Of a stretch of 64,000 nt of DNA, positions 1-13,684 are shown one piece after another. The stretch's first letter is position 1; every line of letters starts with the position of its first letter. This DNA is from the human T2T-CHM13v2.0 reference genome, Homo sapiens. Where the stretch lies: assembly GCF_009914755.1 (NCBI RefSeq), contig NC_060936.1. One strand, given 5' to 3'. A program made the position numbers and the translations under genes. The notes below the pieces were generated by a model. The model saw only the letters and a program-made list of their open reading frames with translations. It was not told where the DNA came from and did no database searches.

Positions 1-243
1 TGGCTAGATCTTGGCTCACTGCAAGCTCCGCCTCCCGGGTTCAGGGCATTCTCCTGCCTCAGCCTCCTGAGTAGCTGGGACTACAGGCGCCCACCACCAT
101 GGCTGGCTAATTTTTTTGTATTTTTAGTAGGGACAGGGTTTCACCGTGTTAGCCAGGATGGTCCCGATCTCCTGACCTCATGACCCGCCTGCCTCGGCCT
201 CCCAAAGTGCTGGGATTACAGGCATGAGCCACCACGCCTGGCC
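1..243 (-). mobile_element. Alu (AluY-like), cut by window edge
   Basis: Reverse-complement Alu: gcaagctccgcctcccggg...gtgttagccaggatgg...ccacgcctggcc. Confidence 0.92.
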
Positions 244-299
244 AGGATATGCTGTTTTAAAAAAAACAAAAATAAAATTTAAAAGCTCAAATCTTTTGC

Positions 300-1862
300 C
301 TTTGTAGATCATATACTTTAGCAAAAGGAGACAGACAATAAACCATAATAAATGATTAAACTATAGAGTATATTAGAAGGTGACTAGTGCCACAGGGGTG
401 GAAAAAAAAGGAGAGCACAACCAAGGGGACCTGGAGTGCTAGGTGATAGAAGAGATTACAATTTTAAATAAAATGGCCAGGATACTCTTACTGAGGAAGA
501 AAGACTTGCAGGGTCAGGACATTTGAGAGAAAAACATTCCAGGCCAAAAGAGCAGCTAGGGCAAATGCCCTCAGGCAGGAGTGGCTTTGGAATGTTCAAG
601 GACCAGCAAAGAGGTTATTGGGGTTGCAAGAAAAGGACAAGCCAGAGGGTATCAGATGATAAGGCAAGGGCGATAATAGATGTTCAGAGGGCAAGATCAA
701 GTATGGACTCAACTCTACATGAAATGGAGGACCACTGTAGGGTTTTGAATAGAGAAGGAATATCATCTAACATACTTTTAAAGGATTATTGTAGATTTTG
801 TGTTGAGTGTAGACTACATATGAGCAAAGGACTTTGTTTAGAAGTCTATTATAGTAATTCAAGAGTTGACAGTGATTAAGTCTGGTGAAGAAGTAGAGGA
901 TGTGGTAAGAAGTGGTTAGATTCTAGATATAATTTAAAGGTAGAACTAACAGGACTTGATGATGGATTAGATATGGAGTACAAAAGAAGGGGAGGAATGA
1001 AAGGTTCTGTCCCAAGCACAGAAATGTCAAGGAAGCTATCAACTGTGATGGAGAAGGTTGTAGAATGAGCAGGTTTCTTGAAAAGATCAGGAGCAGCCAT
1101 CCCATTACTGGGTATATACCCAAAGGACTATAAATCATGCTGCTATAAAGACACATGCACACGTATGTTTATTGCGGCACTATTCACAATACCAAAGACT
1201 TGGAACCAACCCAAATGTCCAACAATGATAGACTGGATTAAGAAAATGTCGCACATATACACCATGGAATACTATGCAGCCATAAAAAATGATGACTTCA
1301 TGTCCTTTGTAGGGACATGGATGAAATTGGAAATCATCATTCTCAGTAAACTATTGCAAGAACAAAAAACCAAACACCGCATATTCTCACTCATAGGTGG
1401 GAAGTGAACAATGAGAACACATGGACACAGGAAGGGGAACATCACACTCTGGGGACTGTTGTGGGGTGGGGGGGTGGGGAGGGATAGCATTGGGAGATAT
1501 ACCTAATGCTAGATGACGAGTTAGTGAGTGCAGCGCACCAGCATGGCACATGTATACATATGTAACTAACCTGCACATTGTGCACATGTACCCTAAAACT
1601 TAAATTAAAAAAAAAAAGTTTAATAGAGCTAAACTAAAACAAATGAAACCAAAATCAAAATAAACAAGAAAACCCCACCCTTAGACACACATATACCATT
1701 TTATTCTAGTTTGTCATTATTGCCTGGGAGCAGGCAATAATAATAATTATTATTATTATTATTGATCAAAATAATAAAGTATTGTATTTTGGTATTATCA
1801 AAAAAAAAAAAGAAAAGAAAAGATCAGGAGCTCAATTTTGGATATGTTAAGTTTGAGATGAT
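300..1862 (-). mobile_element. Old L2 fragment interrupted by the L1 at 1095-1816; outer boundaries approximate
   Basis: Purine-rich L2-like sequence; flanks rejoin as gagcaggtttcttgaaaagatcaggagc|tcaattttggatatgttaagtttgagatg. Confidence 0.6.
1095..1617 (+). mobile_element. 5'-truncated L1PA2/L1PA3 (ORF2 C-terminus, 3'UTR, polyA)
   Basis: ORF2 end (CTRMFIAALFTI...KWNQPKCP-like...YYAAIK); 3'UTR reads gatgacGAGttag, not the L1HS-Ta ACA; A-tract 1607-1617. Confidence 0.93.
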
Positions 1863-1869
1863 TAAATTT

Positions 1870-2710
1870 CCACTACTAGCCATGACAGAGTAACTCACAC
1901 CAGGTTAACCCCCCTATTGTAAACAAAGAGAAAACTTGACAAAATTTATGGAGCAGCTGTTTTCAGACACTAGGCAAAAGGCAGTGCGAGGCTGTGATCC
2001 TGGAGAAAAGGGAAACAAAGAAGATGAACTGTGTGATAGCCCCAGCTATCTGCCTGGAAGCATTTTCCACACCACAGCAAAGGGAGAGGGAACCCAAGCA
2101 GAGAATCACAGGAGCACTTAGCTGAAGAGACAAAACAAAATCCAGAAAGTAGAGAAGAGGAGAGATCTATGCAGAGAAAAGAACTCTACAAATCTACATA
2201 GGGTCCCCTAAAGTCTTTGACTGAATGTTAAGTTGTACATGAGTAGAGTGCAACTATAAGGTCAGACAGCAAACAGCTACCAGGGAGCTATATATTGAAA
2301 ACCTCCCAGAGTTCATACAGGGCTATGAGATGTTCAATTTCTGACCGGTATAGTAGAGAGATACCACTGAACACCTGGGACATTCAGTAGAACTGCAGGA
2401 AGAGTTAAACTTTCGTAGAAGAGCCAACTAACCCTAGAGTAATGGCTACTCTAGACCTACCTAACAAAGGTTAAAAACAAGTGTTAAAAACATAAAACTG
2501 AACCACAAGTAATCCAATTGCCTGATAAACAAAGCCTGATACTCTTTAAATGAATAAAAAGTACAACAAAATTGAGATACTCAAAATATTACAATGTCTA
2601 ACATTTAATAAAATATTACTTGACATGAAAAGCAGCAGAAGAAAATGAGACCAGTAATTATGAGAAAAATCAATGATATCAGATCCAGAAATGACAGGTA
2701 TGATGAAATT
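1870..2710 (+). mobile_element. Ancient L1M 5'-region fragment (subfamily and boundaries uncertain)
   Basis: Resembles L1MC/L1ME 5'-end sequence as I recall it (gttttcagacact...gaggctgtgatcctggagaaaagggaaacaa). Confidence 0.45.
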
Positions 2711-2727
2711 ATCTATGTAAGTTATAA

Positions 2728-2870
2728 AGTGCCTCAGTTTTCCTACTTGTAAAATAGAGATTATAATAATAATACTTAACTTCTAGAGTTATTCTAAGGA
2801 CTAAATGAGTTAATGTCTGCAAAGCAGTTAGAACAATGCCTCGCACATAGTAAGCACTATATAAATATTT
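2728..2870 (+). mobile_element. MIR
   Basis: gcctcagttttcct...tgtaaaat...aaatgagttaat...agaacaatgcc...acatagtaagcact. Confidence 0.8.
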
Positions 2871-3009
2871 ATTAAATAAGTAAGTAGAACTAATTTTTTA
2901 AAATTCCTTCTGATTTTCTTGGTTATTTTCCTGTGATTTTGAAAATATGTAGTAGACATATTTGCATGTGATAGACACTGAGTAAGCTGAGAAAAAGTTT
3001 AGCTCTTCA

Positions 3010-3994
3010 TCTGCACAGCAAAAGAAACTATCAATAGAGTAAACAGACAACCTACAGAATGGGAGAAAATATTTGCAAACTATGAATCTGACAAAGGTCT
3101 AATATCCAGCATCTCAGGAACTTAAACAAATTTATCAGGAAAAAAACGAAAAACCCATTTAAAAGTAGAAAAAGGTCATGAACAGACACTTTTCTAAGGA
3201 AGACATACATGCCGCTAACTAGAATATGAAAAAAAGCTCAACATTATTAGAGAAATGCAAATTAAAACCACAATGAAATACCATCTCACACCAGTCAAAA
3301 TGGCTACTATTAAAAAGTCAAAAATAACACATGTCAACAAGGTTGTGGAAAAAGGGAACACTTATACACTGGTTAGTAGGAGTGTAAATCAGTTCAACCA
3401 TTGTGGAAAGCAGTGTGGCGATTCCTCAAAGAGCTAAAAACAGAACTACCATTTGACTCAGCAATCTCATTACTGGGTGTATAGCAGAGGAATATAAATC
3501 ATTCTACCATAAAGACACACGCACACAAATGTTCATAACAGCACTATTCACAATAGCAAAGACATGGAATCAACCTAAATGCCCATCAATGACAGATTGG
3601 ATAAAGAAAATGTGGTACATATACATCATGGAATACCATGCAGCCATAAAAATAAATGAGATCATGTATTTTGTGGGAACATGGATGGAGCTGAGACTAT
3701 TATCCTTAGCAAACAAATGCAGAAACAGAGAACCAAATATCACATGTTCTCACTTATAAATGGGAGCTAAATGATGAGAACTCATAGACACAAAAAAGGG
3801 AACAACAGACACTGGGGCCTATTTGAGGGTGGAGGGTGGGAGGAAGGAGAAGAGCAGAAAAAAGTAACTATTGGATACTAGGCTTAGTACATGGGTGATG
3901 AAATAATCTGAACAACAAACACTGGTGACACAAGTTTACCCATATAAAAAACCAGCACATGTACCCCTGAACCTAAAATAAAAGTAAAAAAAAA
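3010..3994 (+). mobile_element. Older L1PA/L1PB 3' fragment (L1PA13-16-like) with ~19-bp TSD
   Basis: L1 ORF2 end and 3'UTR (gtacccctgaacctaaaataaaagt); TSD gaaaaa(g/t)tttagctcttca at 2991-3009 and 3995-4013. Confidence 0.88.
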
Positions 3995-4619
3995 GAAAAA
4001 TTTTAGCTCTTCAAAACTGAGACCATATCCTGGAAGGTAAGTAAGTACAATTACATTACATGTCAATCCCCAGGCCTCACTGATACACAATACTAAGTCT
4101 TGTATTGGGTGTCCCACAGCCAATGTGGGATATATCCAGTAAATTTTCAAGGACACAATAAGTTTCCAAGGAAGTAAGCAAAAGCGGTGACTTTTCAGAA
4201 AGTAATGCATCTTGGAAATAGCATCAATGAAGCATCAAAGGTAAGCACGTTAGAAAAACAAAATAAATCGGCTCTGATGCAACTTAAAGATGAAAGTAAA
4301 TCTAAATGAAAGGAGAAAGTCAATGGAAACTGCACAAATAAAAATAAATGACACAGAAATAAAGTAAAGGCTTCAAAATAAAATCAGGGTGTTCATGCAT
4401 TTGAGATACACTGAATAAAGGCAGTGCTCAAATTAAATAGATATAAATGGTACACAAACAAAATTGGGAGGTGTTTTAGATAGTCATAAGAAATTACATT
4501 TTATTTGAATGAGACCTACACTTCACATTATATAATACATACACTTTCCTTTTCAAAGTACATATATATATGTACTATATATAATGTCATTTATATATAT
4601 AAACTGTCATTTTACAGTC

Positions 4620-4910
4620 ACATCTTTCTACCTCCTTCAAGTATCTTAAATGTCACTTTCTCCATGAGGCCTTCGCTGACCACCCTATTTTGTAACCCTG
4701 CCCTAGGAAAATCCCATCCCCTTTCTCTCTTTTCTTTTTCACCATTGCACTTGTCACCATCTAACACATTCTACCTAATGTATTTTCCATTTCTTCTCAT
4801 AAGAATATAGACTGGGTTTGGAATCTGTTTTGCTCACTGCTGTATTCCCAGGAGTCTGGAACAATTCCCAGCACTTAGAAGATTCATTGTGAATGAACAA
4901 ATGAGTCAAT
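4620..4910 (+). mobile_element. L2 3' fragment
   Basis: aaatgtcactttctccatgaggcctt...ctcactgctgtattcccag...gaatgaacaaatga. Confidence 0.65.
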
Positions 4911-5353
4911 CAATCCAGCCATCCACAAGCGGGAGGAAGCAGATGTTATTACTATGTACTTATACTTTAAAGGGAGGAGGAAGCACAGAGAGTTTTTAAA
5001 TAATTTGTTCCAAATATGAAGAATGGCAAATTTGTTGCCTTTCTGAAAATAAAAATCATTAGAAATTAGTCATTATTTTCTAAAAGTCAAAATCATCAAG
5101 GAAACATGTGACAGCACACTTCCTAAAATAAGCAGAGTGCTATACAGGAGTAACAGTATTGTCATGTAACCTGGGGTGCCTAAATTCAGTGCCCACATGT
5201 ACATCAGAAAATATGAATAAGACATCTTAAAACAGACATTAGAATGATTATAAGAAGGATTTTGTATATTCAACGTTTCTAGATATTTACAACATATTTA
5301 TTAAATCTGAACAGAAGCAACCAATATAGAGAAAAATCATATAAGAAAACTTA

Positions 5354-5554
<201 letters not shown>

Positions 5555-6815
5555 CTAAAAGAAAAAAAGTGAAATCAGCAGCTTAAGGAGAGCTTCCAAA
5601 CTGACATTTTCACATGAAAATAAACTGAAAAACATTTTATTGCCAAAACTTGATATTTGGAATTGGCTGGAGAAAGTTTATTTTCTATGCAATCACTCTT
5701 AGTGATTTAAAGAAATAAACGGATAATTTGCTTCCCAACTTGCCTCACTAATTTTCATCACTGTTATCAGCATATAAGGGCTATAATCTACAGAATGTAA
5801 AAGACCCTGAAAATACATAGAACTTTCGAGCATCACATCCTCTTCATGGGCAGTAAATATATTACCTTTCTCCAAAATGTATTAAATAAAGCAAGTTTGA
5901 AAACTGCAACCTGGTATGTGGACTATAAGGACTGGCTCATAATACCACCAGTTTAAACTTTCAATAGAGAATATAGAGGCCTGAAGATTTATGCAGAAGA
6001 CCAGAGATAATCTATATATTTCATGATGAGTAAACAGTAATTACAAGATCAGACTATATGACTATACTTCATGCATAAGTGTATTTATATGCACAATATA
6101 AAATTATAATCATGAATGTATGTTTATTTTTAAAAAGCTTTTGAATGCAACACTGTATATGCATCTATTGCCAAGATTTTTCTATTAATATTTATGTTTC
6201 TTGTTTGTTTGGTTTTCATCTGCTGATTACAAGCAGGAAAGTGGAAGCAACTACGACATATAAATACCCACACATATATATAAGGAAAAACTTGAAAAGA
6301 ATTTCATCTGTTAACTAATTTCTTTTCCAGGGAATTAGGAAAAGACAGCAATATTTGAATTTATTGACACATCACTTCAACCCAACTATCATTTTGTAGG
6401 AAATGAGAGAACCACCACTCTTAGATGCATGAAAATGCTCTTACAGATAAGGAATTATTTATATTACTCTTGACTTTAGCTAAACTTGGAACTCTTTGGA
6501 ATAGGTGTACATAAACAAAAGCAAAACAAAATGAGAAACTGCAACTGCTCTACTCCCAGGCTGATTTTATTTAATAAACACATGCATGGAGCAACCCTAG
6601 ATCTTTCAACTCTTATCAGCATCTCTTCTTCTCTTATCTAGCGGGTATTATTCAATGTTGACTGTTTCCCTTCTCCCAGTGAAGAACTCTGGGGAGGATG
6701 AAACATTCTTTAAGAAAAAGGCCTGATTAATATTATCTGTAAATGATAAAAATCTACATAGAAGCTCTTCAAGTTCTTCTACAGGCTACAGGATTGTGTT
6801 GAAATGCCCACTCTA

Positions 6816-7010
<195 letters not shown>

Positions 7011-7151
7011 CTAAAAAGGTAGAAACAAAGCAGTTATCCTATTTAACTTGCAAATAAACACCAATATTTGTACAGTCCTAGAAACACATACACATGTATG
7101 TTAATCAGACATGACTTGTTTTGTTATCTATTGTTTCTGGTTTGTTAAATG

Positions 7152-7336
7152 TTTTCTTTTTATTTATTTTATTTATTATTTTGAGATAAGGTCTCACTAT
7201 GTTTCCCAGGCTGGAGTGCAGTGCTTATTTACAGGTGCAATCATACTGCACAGCTGCCTTAACTGCAGGCTCAAGCGATCCTCTTACCTCAACCTCCCGA
7301 GTAGCTGGGATTACAGGCATGCATGATGGCACCAGC
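7152..7336 (-). mobile_element. FAM (fossil Alu monomer)
   Basis: Reverse complement carries the FAM/7SL-type segment cctgt(g/a)aata(gc/ag)cactgcac. Confidence 0.75.
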
Positions 7337-8626
7337 TCTTAATTATTGTTTTGTTTTGTTATTTGTTGTTATGTATGTTTTACTAAGTTAATTAAATTAA
7401 CCTGGCATGAATGACAACTGAAGATAAACCTGTGCCCTTTTTTTCACACTACTTTTGCTTGCATGTTACATGCTTTGTGTCTGTAGGCTTTTAAGAAAGG
7501 AAACCAGATTTTTTTCATGTATAAGTGCACAAATGATATGTTCAATAATAAAAATATTACATATCAATCCAGTTGAAATTCAAATAAACAATATGGTTAT
7601 TATTTAATGACTATTAGGTAACTCTGCAGTCCCGGAGGTCATCTCCAATTCCCCAAAGCTGCTGTTCAAAATCGTTTCACTTTCCTCAGTTGCACTCATC
7701 TCTCTTAGCCTGTAACCTTGTGCTTTCCTGAAAAGGCTAGTGTCATAAAAAATAAACTTTTTAGACACTCTTCTCCATTCTAAAAGTTTCTTTTTATCTT
7801 CAAACTTCTTTTTACCCTTCCCTTCTTTATCAGAGGCTAAAGTATACTTACTTATTTTCAATGTTCACATCTATGATCTAACTCCTCCTACCACCTTCAT
7901 CAATTGCCACCACTTCAGTTTTCTCCTCACTCATTCCCTCTCCACTAAGCCCAGCTCCTAAGTACATAAATACGTTCATGTCTCTAGGGTATAGAATCCT
8001 CTTTTCTTAACCATTCTAATTTCAAGTCATTAACCCATCTCTCATTTCTTAATCAAAGTTTCTAGAATGAGTACTTACATTCTTCCTACCTCTCTTTCTT
8101 ACCTTCTTCCTATTGATTCTCACAGATATTCCCCAAGGCTGAGTTCCCAGTCAACTTCTCTCTACCTTGGCCACATCATCAACTCTTTACTCTTTGAACA
8201 TCTGGTTCTCTTTGAATGGCTCCCCAAACCTACATCTCTAGTCACAACTTATTTTAAACTCTAGACTTGAATTTCTAATGGCCTTCTGGCCACGTGAATG
8301 TCCTTTATTAGTATTTCATTTAACATTTAAATTTAACATTTTTAGAATCAAACTATGCATCTTTCCTTACCTTATCTGTTAATTTCATAAAATTCTGAAG
8401 ATCATAATATTTTCGGGATAAAAGATCATGACAATAAGACTCATGTATGAGTTGGAAGACTGAGTTAAAAGAGCTTTAAAATGTTTTCCAACCTTTCTTC
8501 TATGAAAAGTGAGAATGCATGATTGAACAATAAGACAACAAAACCACTAACTATGAATGAGGAAAAGATTAAAAAGAAAAAGCAAAGACTAGAAAGGAAA
8601 AAAGAAAATAAGAGAAAGAGGTCCTA

Positions 8627-8815
<189 letters not shown>

Positions 8816-8958
8816 TTAAAAATAAAGAAAAATAGTTTTGTTTAAAATTATTTCTTAGTATGATGGGACTAAGCCTCAACATAAACGATCTACATTCTTT
8901 CATAAAATAATTCACTAACTTTTTTTTTTCTTTGTATATGTTTAGAGATGGGATCTTG

Positions 8959-9264
8959 GGCCGGGTGCAGCGGCTAATGCCTGTAATCCCAGCACTTTGG
9001 GAGACCGAGGTGGACGTATCACCTGAGGCCAGGAGTTTGAGACCAGCCTGGCCAACATGGTGAAACCCCGTCTCTACTAAAAATATAAAAATTAGCCGGA
9101 TGTGGTGGTGGGTGCCTGTACTCCCAGCTACTCAGGAGGCTGAGGCAGGAGAATCGCTTGAATCTGGGGGTGGGAGGCTGCAGCAAGCCGAGATTGAGCC
9201 ACTGCACTCCGGCCTGGGCAACAGAGCGAGAATCCGACTCAAGAAAAAAAAAAAAAAAAAAAAA
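8959..9264 (+). mobile_element. AluS
   Basis: Full dimer with polyA; duplicated agagatggg at 8944 and 9266. Confidence 0.95.
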
Positions 9265-9265
9265 C

Positions 9266-9417
9266 AGAGATGGGGTTCCATTATGTTGCCAGGCTGAAGT
9301 GCGGTGGCTATTCACAGGCATGATCATGGCACACTGCAGTCTCAATCTCCTGGCCTCAAGCAATCCTCCCACCTCAACTTCCCCAGTAGCTGGGACTTAT
9401 AGGTGTGCATCACCAGC
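9266..9417 (-). mobile_element. FAM monomer (its tail appears displaced to ~8919-8950 by the AluS)
   Basis: ggtggctattcacaggcatgatc is the FAM diagnostic in reverse. Confidence 0.78.
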
Positions 9418-9740
9418 TTTTTTCATTTTAGCTCCACATCTACGAAACTCTATTCAAGTTAGTCAAAACTAATATAATCTATGATGCAAACGGGAGAGTC
9501 ATAAATAAGTTATTCCAAAGCTGACTAATGTCATTTAGGTAAGCAAAAAAGCAGCAGAAGTGCAAAAAATGATTAATTTTAACTCCAACCTAAATCCACC
9601 TAAACATCAATCTGCTAAATGTCTGAATATGTGATAGGCATAGGACTGATTAGGTCCAATTTGAATTTCAAATAAAATGACGATATCACTGATGTAATTA
9701 CAAAATCAGTAACAATACTGAGAAAGTAAAATTATTTTAT

Positions 9741-9852
9741 TACACACACATTTTCACAAATACACATAAGTGCATGTACATCATATATACACATATATGC
9801 ACATATATACATACATATATCTATGTACACACATATCTGTGTGGATGTGTAC
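9741..9852. repeat. Degenerate (CA/TA)n simple repeat
   Basis: tacacacaca...catatatacacatatatgcacatatatacatacatatat. Confidence 0.7.
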
Positions 9853-10613
9853 ATCAGACAATAAGTGGTCCATTTCATCAATTATTATAAAGACATGAAA
9901 ATGACCAGCTATGCGGCTGGTAGAAAACTGTGTGATGTCAGTTGGCAGAGAGTAACAATGAACCTTCGTTTCACAGTCCTACCTCAAATCAAGCTGCTGG
10001 AATAAAGACATGTATCTAGCTTCTAAGATATTACAGTTTCTTGAAAACTATTCTCTTAGTTCCTTTGTTAAGATCTACACTTAATTAGTAGCATCTTGCT
10101 GAAATCAACCAGGTCTCCAAGAGTCAAACCTATCAGCAAATTAAAAAGTGCAAAAGATTTTCAAAAGCTGGTATCTTTTCTGCCTTGTGTCATGATTTTG
10201 ACTATTTCTTCTATGGTGCTCTTACTATGAGTCAGATTAAATATCTTCAAGAATAAACCAAGTCCTCACCTCTTTTCTCATTTTCTTAAAAAAGTACTGT
10301 TTTTAATTTTCTACATTTTATTTATAATACAGTAGTTAGGACCCTGGTTTTTCTCTTATCTATTTATCTATAAATTATGTTTATTATATTTTGCCAGTCA
10401 TACTTTAACATGCTTTAAATGTTATAAATTATAACACTAGTTTTTCCCAATGTTTTTCAAAAAACCATCCATTTGATTTACCACTGGCAAATCCCTTCTG
10501 GATGAGAGGCACCCCATATTACCTGAATTGGAAATGTTACTAAGAATCCTGTAATAGCCTGTTTAATGGCCTTTATTCTCCATTATAAGATGAGCTCTAA
10601 GAAGGTAGATCTA

Positions 10614-10706
10614 GGTTGGGCACAGTGGCTCCTGCCTATAATCCGAGCACTTTGGGAGGCTTAGGTGGCAAGAGCATTTGAGCCCAGGAGTTCAAGACCA
10701 GCAACA
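10614..10706 (+). mobile_element. FLAM/AluJ left-arm fragment
   Basis: ggttgggcacagtggctc...ttgagcccaggagttcaagaccagc. Confidence 0.8.
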
Positions 10707-11438
10707 TTTGTCTTGCTCTGTCTTTATTCCTAGTACTCACCACACTGTTGGTGCAATGCCTGACATATTTGGGTTGAATAAATATTTGTTAACTAATAAG
10801 TGAATGTTTCCTTGCTGCCAAAATTTTAAGAACTAGAAAACAAGCTAACATAAACACTCAACTAAAGGAAAAGAGTTCACACTTCATAGGAAATAAAAAT
10901 TGAATGAAAGATGTAATGCCTTAAATTTTAATTTATCATTTTTTTCTTTTTAACTACTTTATCTTCTTAATACTTCATAGTTTACATATATTTTATTTTA
11001 TATTCACAAAAATTCTGAGGACTTTATGCCCAAAGTTGTTAATTTTATAAATTAAAAAATTTAAGATATAAGATGTTTAAACGATGTTGCAAGAAATAAC
11101 TCTATCAAGAGTGCTGGTGAAACTAGGATGAGAATCTTGACCTCTTCCTAGTAAACAACATGACTTGTAGGCAAATATTAAGAAATTGTAATGTTTCAAT
11201 TTTATTTTTCCCCCATATACTTATTTTCCCCAGCAACGGAGATTAAAAAAAAGAGAAAATTGTCAGTTTGTTAATAAGGACACAAGAGACATTTAGAGGT
11301 ACTATGCTGAATAAAAAAGCCTATGATTTTACATTAACTTCTGGGGTCATAAAAATTGGATTTCACATGCACTAATGTTATTAATGTCTGAAGTTGTATT
11401 TGCCATAGGCAAGAGGTATGTTTTCTTAAAAATATCTA

Positions 11439-11657
<219 letters not shown>

Positions 11658-11961
11658 TTAGAATTCCTTGAATTCCCAGGAAACTGGCTGTAGGCAACAA
11701 CAAGAACAGTGTCCTTTTGTCACTATATGTATACTACCTAGCACAGCACCTAACACAGAGTTGGTGCATATAAATAATTATTTGGTAAGTGAAGAGATGA
11801 ATAAATAAAATAAGATTATGAATGAATAAAATAAGATTACATGGTTTAAAACTCTTACTTGGTATACTAGTAATTCCAGGCCCTGAGTTAGGAAGGGCTA
11901 AAACATCTTTCAGAAAAGATTAGATTTTTTTTTAATGTTAAACATAAAAAAATCAACAAAT

Positions 11962-12276
<315 letters not shown>

Positions 12277-13459
12277 TCAACAAATGATACGTTGCCACAA
12301 AAGTAATTTATTTTCCTACAGCTTCCAGAAGCACCACCCCACTCCACCCAAGGGCCAGGCTTACCAATACTCTTTTGTGTATAAGAATTGCCTTTCTGGA
12401 TTAAAGACAACGGAGACCTTTTGAATTATTTGCAGTTTTCATTTACTTTAACCCAATCATAGATGGAGTATCTAAGGCCTTAAACATAACGTATGCCTAT
12501 TTCTTCAGATAAATTCTAGGTGAAATTTTTTTTAAATTTTGAAACATTTTCTTAGCTAACTTCTAAAATATTAAGCCATAATCAATCTTTTCAAATTTAA
12601 CTTCAGTGATTCAATTGAATTGGTAAATTCTAACATAAGATATATTATATCTTAATACACGATATAATAGTATTATTTTTCTACAAGAGTTTCAAGACTT
12701 GTATTCAGTAAAAAGAATAATAAAGTAGTTCTCAAATTACAAAACAGCACTTAAAAACAGTCTCTACTATCTCTACAAATTAGTAAAAATTAACCTTTCT
12801 TATGCTCCCTTCTCTCATTTAAATGACTACCGAGTTTACGTCAATTTTGATTATTAAAAAATTCATCAATATCACAGCAAAAAGAATCACTTGTTCTACA
12901 CTTTTAAAGACAAATACAATAATGAGCACAGAAAAAACAAATTAATCCTCCAATTAACCAAAATAACCTGCAGTTATGAAATTTGTACTCACACCAAAGC
13001 AGTCTCAGTCCTTAAAAAACACTCTCAGCTTTTCAATCTCTGTTAATTAAAAGTTATAAGTACTTCTTCACTGCCTACCATGGTGATTTCAGCCATTTCC
13101 CAAGGAATGGTAGTTATTTGAAGCAAGTAATATAAAACATTGAACTCTATCAAGTAAGAAATAGTATGAAAATGTAATACCTTATATTTGGGAGGGAGAA
13201 AATATGAAATGTATACTTAGTCACCGATCAAATATGGCTTATCCCTTTCTGTTTAATACCAGGCTCTTATATTTCATTTGTCAAATTTTCCCCCCTCTTA
13301 TCTGTGCTTTTCTTTGTGAACACTTTAATATCCTCTGGGAAGTGGACAGGTATACAAAAATTAAAATGCATTTATAGTCCTCTCTTTTCTTATATTTGTA
13401 AAAAAAAAAAAAAAAGAAGAGCTATTCCTCCTTTATGCTATATGTCTTCAAGTTACTTA

Positions 13460-13684
<225 letters not shown>

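Noticed and set aside
523-879. 118-aa plus-strand ORF
   Set aside because: Non-ATG start inside decayed L2-like sequence; no recognisable domain
1078-1407. 109-aa ORF, and ORFs at 3255-3437 and 3529-3759
   Set aside because: C-terminal L1 ORF2 remnants of truncated elements, not host genes
1451-1496. G-rich, G-quadruplex-like tract
   Set aside because: Ordinary polypurine tract of the L1 3'UTR
9019-9472. Alu-overlapping ORFs (also at 24503, 27695, 29223, 37774, 46962, 61417-61875)
   Set aside because: Typical Alu translations ([21 protein letters not shown])
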